10,750 nucleotides of DNA from Candidatus Bipolaricaulia bacterium. GTDB taxonomy: Bacteria; Bipolaricaulota; Bipolaricaulia; JBHIAT01. Below, in pieces: positions 5,708-10,750 of the stretch. The DNA lies in NCBI GenBank assembly GCA_046758705.1, contig JBHIAT010000129.1:1-10750 (forward strand). Reading direction: 5' to 3'. Position 1 is the first letter of the stretch. Each line of letters starts with the position of its first letter. The notes under the pieces are model-generated. The model did no database searches. It was given only the letters and a program-made list of their open reading frames with translations, and was not told where the DNA came from. The translations under genes were made by a program, and so were the position numbers.

Positions 5708-7387
5708 CTAACGACTGAGGTCGGGTGGGATCAGCTTGCGAATTATTACGCCGCCGAAACTGTCAGCACTCCACAACCCGATGCCGTCCCAGACGAGCCC
5801 CTCGGAGTTCCCCTCCTCCTCGTGGAAGCTAAACGCTTCGACCACCATCCCGTCTTCGGGACGGATCCGATAAACGGCTCTATCATCGTTGTCGGCAAGC
5901 CACAGGAAGTCGCCGTCCCAAGTCAGGCTGTTGGGGCCACTCCCCGGTGCGTCGAACGAATCGAGTACCTCACCGGTATCCGGGTCGAGCTGGTAGATGC
6001 GTCCTTCGCTGCTATCTGCGTTCCACAGATGAGTGCCGTCCCAGGCGAGTCCTTCAGGGAACTGCCCTGGAGCCGGGAACGAGTTGACAATCTCCCCGGT
6101 TTCGGGATCGAGCCGGTAGATGAACTGCTCGGTGAGATCAGCATTCCACAGGTGGGAGCCATCCCAGGTCAGGCCGGTCGGTCCGGGGCCCGGAGTGGCG
6201 AGCGACAGGATGACCTCACCGACGGTCGGATCGATTTTGTACAGGGTGGCGGTGTCAAAATCTGCGTTCCACAGGAACGCGCCGTCCCAGGCGAGTCCGT
6301 CGGGCGCGGTGCCAGGCGCGGTCCATGTCACGTCGATCTCCAGGGCGTTCCGGAGTTCTGTCACCACGGAGATATCAGGTTGCGACACCCCGAGGCTGGT
6401 TTCCAGGTCGACGATGTTGAGCATCTGATCACCACTGTGAGCGCTCCACAGCCGCGTCCCATCCCAGGCGAGGCCCTCAGAAAACCCGGCGGGGATGGCG
6501 AAAGTGTCGACGGCCGACCCATCCGTCGGGTTGATCTGGTAAATGACCCGGTCGTCATTGTCGGTCAACCACAGAAAACCATTAGCCCACTCAAGGCTGT
6601 TGGAGTTGCCCCCCGGTGTGTCGAACGAATCGAGCACCTCGCCGGTATCCGGGTCGAGTCGAAACAGCATTTGTTGGTCGGAATCAGCGTTCCACAGATG
6701 CAATCCGTCCCAAGCGAGCCCTTCGGGGAACTGCCCCGGAGCCGGGAACGAGGTGATGACCTCACCGGTCTCGGGGTCGATCTGGTAGAGGATCGCTTCG
6801 TTGAGATCGGCGCTCCACAGATGGGAACCATCCCAGGCGAGGCCGGTGGGTCCGGAGCCCGGAGCGGCGAGCGAGGTGATGACCTCGCCACTGTGGATGT
6901 CTATCCGATACAGGGTGGCGGTGCTAAAATCGGCGTTCCACAGATGAGTGCCGTCCCAGGCGAGCCCGTCGGGTGCGGGACCCGGCGAGCTGAACGGGCC
7001 GATCTGAACCACCAAGGTGCGGCTGACACGATCGGTGGCACCGGCGTCATCGGTCACCGTCAGCGTCACCGTGTAGTTTCCCGCCCGGCGGTAAGTGTAG
7101 GAGACGGTGCTATCGCTGGTGAAGCTGAAGCCGTCCCCGAAGTCGAATTGGTACCGGGTGATCGTGCCGTCCGGATCTGAGGAGGCGATCGCATCGAACT
7201 GAATCGGTTGACTGAATATCGGTTCCTCCGGCGATATCGACAGCCTGGCCGTCGGCGTTTCAGTCGCCGGGGTCTGTGATCTCAGCGCGAGGGGGCCGCA
7301 GCCGGCTGCGACGATCAGGACACTGATGATGAGCAGCGCGCCGCCGAACTTGCTCTTGGGGAGGGGGGTTTTAGGGAGAACGGGCAT
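5708..7387 (-). CDS. Lipoprotein with a PKD domain and two five-blade beta-propeller modules (glutaminyl-cyclase-like repeats)
   Basis: AAGGAGG RBS before ATG 7387 (559 aa), signal peptide with lipobox AAGC, PKD motif SSDPDGTITRYQFDFGDG...YTYRRAGNYTVTLTVTDDAG, and ten ~40-aa repeats of the form GLAWDGxHLWxAD...YxIDPxTGEV. Confidence 0.85.
   Translation of the reverse strand: MPVLPKTPLPKSKFGGALLIISVLIVAAGCGPLALRSQTPATETPTARLSISPEEPIFSQPIQFDAIASSDPDGTITRYQFDFGDGFSFTSDSTVSYTYRRAGNYTVTLTVTDDAGATDRVSRTLVVQIGPFSSPGPAPDGLAWDGTHLWNADFSTATLYRIDIHSGEVITSLAAPGSGPTGLAWDGSHLWSADLNEAILYQIDPETGEVITSFPAPGQFPEGLAWDGLHLWNADSDQQMLFRLDPDTGEVLDSFDTPGGNSNSLEWANGFLWLTDNDDRVIYQINPTDGSAVDTFAIPAGFSEGLAWDGTRLWSAHSGDQMLNIVDLETSLGVSQPDISVVTELRNALEIDVTWTAPGTAPDGLAWDGAFLWNADFDTATLYKIDPTVGEVILSLATPGPGPTGLTWDGSHLWNADLTEQFIYRLDPETGEIVNSFPAPGQFPEGLAWDGTHLWNADSSEGRIYQLDPDTGEVLDSFDAPGSGPNSLTWDGDFLWLADNDDRAVYRIRPEDGMVVEAFSFHEEEGNSEGLVWDGIGLWSADSFGGVIIRKLIPPDLSR
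5735..6991 (-). repeat. Intragenic tandem duplication of a ~590-bp five-blade module
   Basis: Modules at ~6404-6991 and ~5735-6322 align blade for blade at a 669-nt offset, e.g. CCGTCCCAGGCGAG at 6951 and 6282. SFPAPGQFPEGLAWDG and LDPDTGEVLDSFD each occur twice. Confidence 0.85.
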
Positions 7388-7415
7388 AGTAGCCTCCTTG
7401 ATATGGTTTGAGTCC

Positions 7416-7445
7416 AATATAACCCAAAGCAGAAGCGGGAGGCAA
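7416..7445 (-). promoter_or_regulatory. Putative promoter of the lipoprotein gene
   Basis: TTGCCT (7445-7440), 18 nt, TATATT (7421-7416), upstream of the RBS. Confidence 0.4.
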
Positions 7446-7475
7446 ATGTGACGGCGAGCCGATCGCGATAGTCGA

Positions 7476-9710
7476 TCAAGCGGTTTCGAACACGAACGCC
7501 CCATCCCGAACGTCCACGGAGACGGTGTCGCCTTCGTCGAACCGGCCCTCGATGATCTCCAGCGACAGGGGGTTCTCGATCTGCTTTTGGATCACCCGTT
7601 GCAGCGGACGGGCACCGTAGGTCGGGTCGTACCCCTTCTCGACGAGCAGCTCCTTCGCCTCGGGGGACACCACCAGCGTGATCTCTCGCTCGGCGAGCCG
7701 GCGGCTCAGCTCATCGAGTTTAAGCTCGACGATCTGTTTCAGATCTTCCGTGTTGAGCTGCTTAAAGATGATGATCTCATCCAGTCGGTTGAGGAACTCG
7801 GGTCGGAATTGCCCTCTGAGCGCCTCGATGATCTCATCCTGAACCTTGTGTGCATCGATCCCTTCGGTCGTGAACAGCTCGCTGCCGACGTTCGAAGTCA
7901 TGATGATGATCGTGTTCTTGAAGTCGACGGTCCGGCCCTGGCCGTCGGTGAGCCGGCCCTCGTCGAGCAGCTGGAGCAGCACGTTGAAGACGTCGTGGTG
8001 AGCCTTCTCGATCTCGTCGAACAGGATCACCTGGTACGGTCTTCTGCGGATCGCCTCGGTGAGCTGGCCGCCCTCTTCGTAGCCGACATAGCCCGGCGGA
8101 GAACCGATGAGGCGAGAAACCGAGAACCGTTCCATGTACTCGGACATGTCGATGCGCAGCAGCGCGTCCTCATCGTTGAACAGGAGCTCGGCGAGCGCCT
8201 TGCTGAGTTCGGTCTTGCCGACCCCGGTGGGGCCGAGGAACATGAACGTGCCGATCGGCTTCTTCGGGTCCTTGAGCCCGGCTCGCGACCGGCGGATCGC
8301 CTCGGCGACGGCGCGTACACCCTCCTCCTGATCGATCATCCGTCGGTGGAGCAGATCCTCGATCCGGGCGAGCTTGTCCCGCTCCTCCTCGAACATCCGT
8401 TCGACCGGGATGCCCGTCGCCAACGACACGACCTCGGCGATATCCTCCGCCCCGACCTCATGTCGCTCCTGGCTCTCGTCGAACGAGGCATCGACCCGGA
8501 TCTTGGCGGCTGCTTCATCGATCAGGTCGATCGCCTTGTCAGGCAGGAACCGGTCTGAGATGTAGCGATGGGAGAGTTTGGCCGACGCCTCGATGGCGGC
8601 GTCGCTGATCTTGAGCCGGTGATGATCTTCGAAGCGCTCCCGCAACCCATTCAGGATCTCGACCGTCTCCTCGACCGACGGTTCCTGGATCAGCACCCTC
8701 TGGAACCGCCGTTCGAGCGCCGAGTCCTTCTCGATATGCTCCCGGTATTCATCCAGGGTGGTGGCCCCGATCATCCGTAGGGTGCCGCGAGCCAGCGACG
8801 GCTTGAGTAGATTGGAGGCGTCGATCGCCCCCTCAGCGGCGCCGGCGCCGACCACCGTGTGCAGTTCGTCGATGAACGTGATGAACTTCCCGTCGCTGGC
8901 CTCGATCTCCTTGATGACCCCGGTGAGCCGCTCCTCGAACTCACCACGAAACTTGGAACCGGCGACCATCGCGCCGACGTCGAGCGTGATAAGCTCCTTC
9001 CCATTGAGGATCTCGGGTACGTTTCCGTCGACGATCCGCTGGGCCAAGCCCTCGACGATCGCCGTCTTCCCGACGCCAGGTTCGCCGATGAGCACCGGGT
9101 TGTTCTTTTTGCGCCGGGCAAGGATCTGAGCCACCCGGCGGATCTCCCGCTCGCGGCCGATGACCGGGTCGAGCTTCCCCTGCCTCGCCAGATCCGTGAG
9201 GTTGACGCTGTAGCGCTTGAGGATCTGGTAACGTTCCTCTGGGGTGCGGTCGGTCACCCGCTGCTCCCCCCGGATCTCGTGAAGGGCAGAGTAGATCGCT
9301 TCAGGAGTGATCCCGTGCCGGTTCAGAATCGTCTTCAGCTCCATGTGGGTATCCTGGCTGATGGCGATCAGCAGATGCTCCGCCCCGATGTACTCGTCCT
9401 TCAGCCGCTTGGCCTCATGCTCGGCGGCCCGGATCATGTGGTCGAGGCGGGGGGTGATGTAGATCTGCTGGCCGGTGGTGCTGGAAACGGTCGGCTTCTC
9501 GCTGAGCAGCGCGTCCAGGTCGGCGAGCAGACGATCGATCTTAACGCCCATCTCCTTCAGGATCTCTTGGCCGACGCCGTCCTCCTGAGCGGCGAAGACA
9601 TAGAAGATGTGCTCGATATCGAGCTGGTTGTGGTGGTATCGCTCCAGGAGCTCTTGGGCATCTTGGAATAATTGCTGGGTCTTCTCGGTGAAGTTCTCAA
9701 ATCGTATCAT
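7476..9710 (-). CDS. Class 1 Clp/Hsp100 AAA+ chaperone (ClpB/ClpC-like), lacking the middle domain
   Basis: Clp N-domain. NBD1 has [33 protein letters not shown] and ALERRFQ. NBD2 has [36 protein letters not shown] and YGARPL. 744 aa with a GGAGG RBS. Confidence 0.95.
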   Translation of the reverse strand: MIRFENFTEKTQQLFQDAQELLERYHHNQLDIEHIFYVFAAQEDGVGQEILKEMGVKIDRLLADLDALLSEKPTVSSTTGQQIYITPRLDHMIRAAEHEAKRLKDEYIGAEHLLIAISQDTHMELKTILNRHGITPEAIYSALHEIRGEQRVTDRTPEERYQILKRYSVNLTDLARQGKLDPVIGREREIRRVAQILARRKKNNPVLIGEPGVGKTAIVEGLAQRIVDGNVPEILNGKELITLDVGAMVAGSKFRGEFEERLTGVIKEIEASDGKFITFIDELHTVVGAGAAEGAIDASNLLKPSLARGTLRMIGATTLDEYREHIEKDSALERRFQRVLIQEPSVEETVEILNGLRERFEDHHRLKISDAAIEASAKLSHRYISDRFLPDKAIDLIDEAAAKIRVDASFDESQERHEVGAEDIAEVVSLATGIPVERMFEEERDKLARIEDLLHRRMIDQEEGVRAVAEAIRRSRAGLKDPKKPIGTFMFLGPTGVGKTELSKALAELLFNDEDALLRIDMSEYMERFSVSRLIGSPPGYVGYEEGGQLTEAIRRRPYQVILFDEIEKAHHDVFNVLLQLLDEGRLTDGQGRTVDFKNTIIIMTSNVGSELFTTEGIDAHKVQDEIIEALRGQFRPEFLNRLDEIIIFKQLNTEDLKQIVELKLDELSRRLAEREITLVVSPEAKELLVEKGYDPTYGARPLQRVIQKQIENPLSLEIIEGRFDEGDTVSVDVRDGAFVFETA

Positions 9711-9743
9711 CAGAACCCATATCCTCCGGTGGTTTGCCCTGAA

Positions 9744-9770
9744 TTAGCAGTCAGATAGTGAGATTGCTAA
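9744..9770. promoter_or_regulatory. CIRCE operator (HrcA binding site)
   Basis: TTAGCAGTC-N9-GATTGCTAA against consensus TTAGCACTC-N9-GAGTGCTAA, one mismatch per arm. The inverted repeat extends to 9741-9773 and lies between the -10 box and the clp RBS. Confidence 0.93.
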
Positions 9771-9773
9771 TTC

Positions 9774-9802
9774 ATTATACTCAAGAGCGGGAGGGATGTC
9801 AA
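9774..9802 (-). promoter_or_regulatory. Consensus sigma70/sigmaA promoter of the clp gene
   Basis: TTGACA (9802-9797), 17 nt, TATAAT (9779-9774): perfect consensus. Confidence 0.92.
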
Positions 9803-9817
9803 GCGGTCCCGCTTCGA

Positions 9818-10681
9818 CTACCGCACCGAATCTTGTGCCGCCTTCAACGTGTTGCGGAGGAGCATGGCGATCGTCATCGGACCGACGCCGCCAGGAACCG
9901 GGGTGATATACCCGGCGACCGGCCGAGCACTCTCGAAATCGACGTCCCCGACCAGTCCTTCCTCCGTCCGATGCACCCCGACGTCGATGACCACCGCGCC
10001 CGGTTTGACCATCTCCCCGGTCACCAGCTTGGGCTGCCCCACCGCGGCCACCAGCAGATCCGCTTCCCGACATCGATCTGCGAGGTTTTGGGTCCGGGAG
10101 TGACACAGGGTCACCGTCGCATGGCGGGCGAGCAGCAGCAAGGCCGTCGGCTTCCCCACGATGATGCTTCTACCTATGACGGTCGCCCGTTTGCCCTGGA
10201 TCTTCACCTTGGTCGAATTGATCAGTTGCAATATGCCGGCGGGTGTGGCGGGCACCGGGCTTGAGATATCCTCGATATCTTTGGCGGCCAACAACCTCCC
10301 CAGGTTGATCGAGTGGAAGCCGTCCACATCCTTGGCGGGGGCGACCGTCTCCAGAATTTCCCCCGGGTTGATATGATCCGGCAGCGGGAGCTGGACCAGG
10401 ATCCCGTGGATCTTCTCATTCTGGTTCAGCTCACGGATCACCTTCACCAGATCCTGCTGGGAGATCTCCTCCGAGAGCAGACGCGTCTCCGAGTAGATTC
10501 CAGCCTCCTCGCACGCCTTCACCTTCATGTTGACATAGAGCTTAGAGGCGGGGTCCTCTCCGGCCAACACGGCGGCGAGCCCCGGAACGATCCCCGTCTC
10601 CGCCTTGAGTTGAGCGGTTTCCTTCCCGACCTCATCCCGGATTTTTTGGGCCAGCTGCTTGCCGTCGATGATCTGTCCCAT
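9818..10681 (-). CDS. folD: Bifunctional methylenetetrahydrofolate dehydrogenase/cyclohydrolase
   Basis: IIDGK, PGLAAVLAGEDPASKLYVNMK, HGILVQLPLP, KDVDGFH, VIGRSIIVGKP and ITPVPGGVGPMTIAMLL. AGGAGG RBS. Confidence 0.98.
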   Translation of the reverse strand: MGQIIDGKQLAQKIRDEVGKETAQLKAETGIVPGLAAVLAGEDPASKLYVNMKVKACEEAGIYSETRLLSEEISQQDLVKVIRELNQNEKIHGILVQLPLPDHINPGEILETVAPAKDVDGFHSINLGRLLAAKDIEDISSPVPATPAGILQLINSTKVKIQGKRATVIGRSIIVGKPTALLLLARHATVTLCHSRTQNLADRCREADLLVAAVGQPKLVTGEMVKPGAVVIDVGVHRTEEGLVGDVDFESARPVAGYITPVPGGVGPMTIAMLLRNTLKAAQDSVR

Positions 10682-10750
10682 AACGACCTCCTGTTGACTC
10701 TCGGTTCGCTAACTTTCCTGAGCAAAAACGAAATTTGTTCAGGCGCTTTC

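Noticed and set aside
5735-6991. 120-bp periodic repeats as a CRISPR array
   Set aside because: The repeats are degenerate, in frame and protein-coding, with no identical repeats separated by unique spacers.
5615-7180. 521-aa plus-strand ORF
   Set aside because: Antisense shadow of the repeat lipoprotein; its periodicity mirrors that gene.
7388-7504. 39-aa N-terminal extension of the lipoprotein in the ORF track
   Set aside because: It overlaps the clp 3' end. ATG 7387 has a strong RBS and puts the signal peptide at the N-terminus.
7587-9671. Plus-strand ORFs of 323 and 270 aa
   Set aside because: Antisense shadows of the Clp gene in GC-rich DNA, with no recognisable motifs.
1442-9710. Functional link between the Ubl and the atypical Clp (tag-and-unfold system)
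   Set aside because: They lie about 6 kb apart on opposite strands, with separate promoters and unrelated genes between them; only cross-genome co-occurrence could support a link.
10682-10750. Possible ZTP or THF riboswitch before folD (hairpin CCTGAACAAA...TTTGCTCAGG on the minus strand)
   Set aside because: The window ends here and no aptamer consensus is visible. GAA AGC GCC TGA could equally be the end of an upstream gene.

Overview
GC-rich bacterial chromosomal window; no rRNA, tRNA, CRISPR array or transposase is visible. From the right, the minus strand carries folD, then a Clp/Hsp100 ATPase behind a consensus sigma70 promoter (TTGACA-17-TATAAT) and a CIRCE operator. It continues with a PKD plus double five-blade beta-propeller lipoprotein, a PiT phosphate transporter with its DUF47 partner, and a PRC-barrel protein with a repeat-encoded acidic tail. 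On the left, a divergent promoter region drives leftward a TatT-like TPR protein and a deleted class-V PLP enzyme relic. Rightward it drives a ~66-aa beta-grasp-like protein ending in RLRGG, a two-TM protein with one Cys, and an MscS channel. The most notable items are the ubiquitin-like/membrane-protein pair, which has no E1, JAB or sulfur-transfer neighbour, and the Hsp100, which lacks both a middle domain and a ClpP-docking loop. All calls come from manual motif reading; no searches were run.
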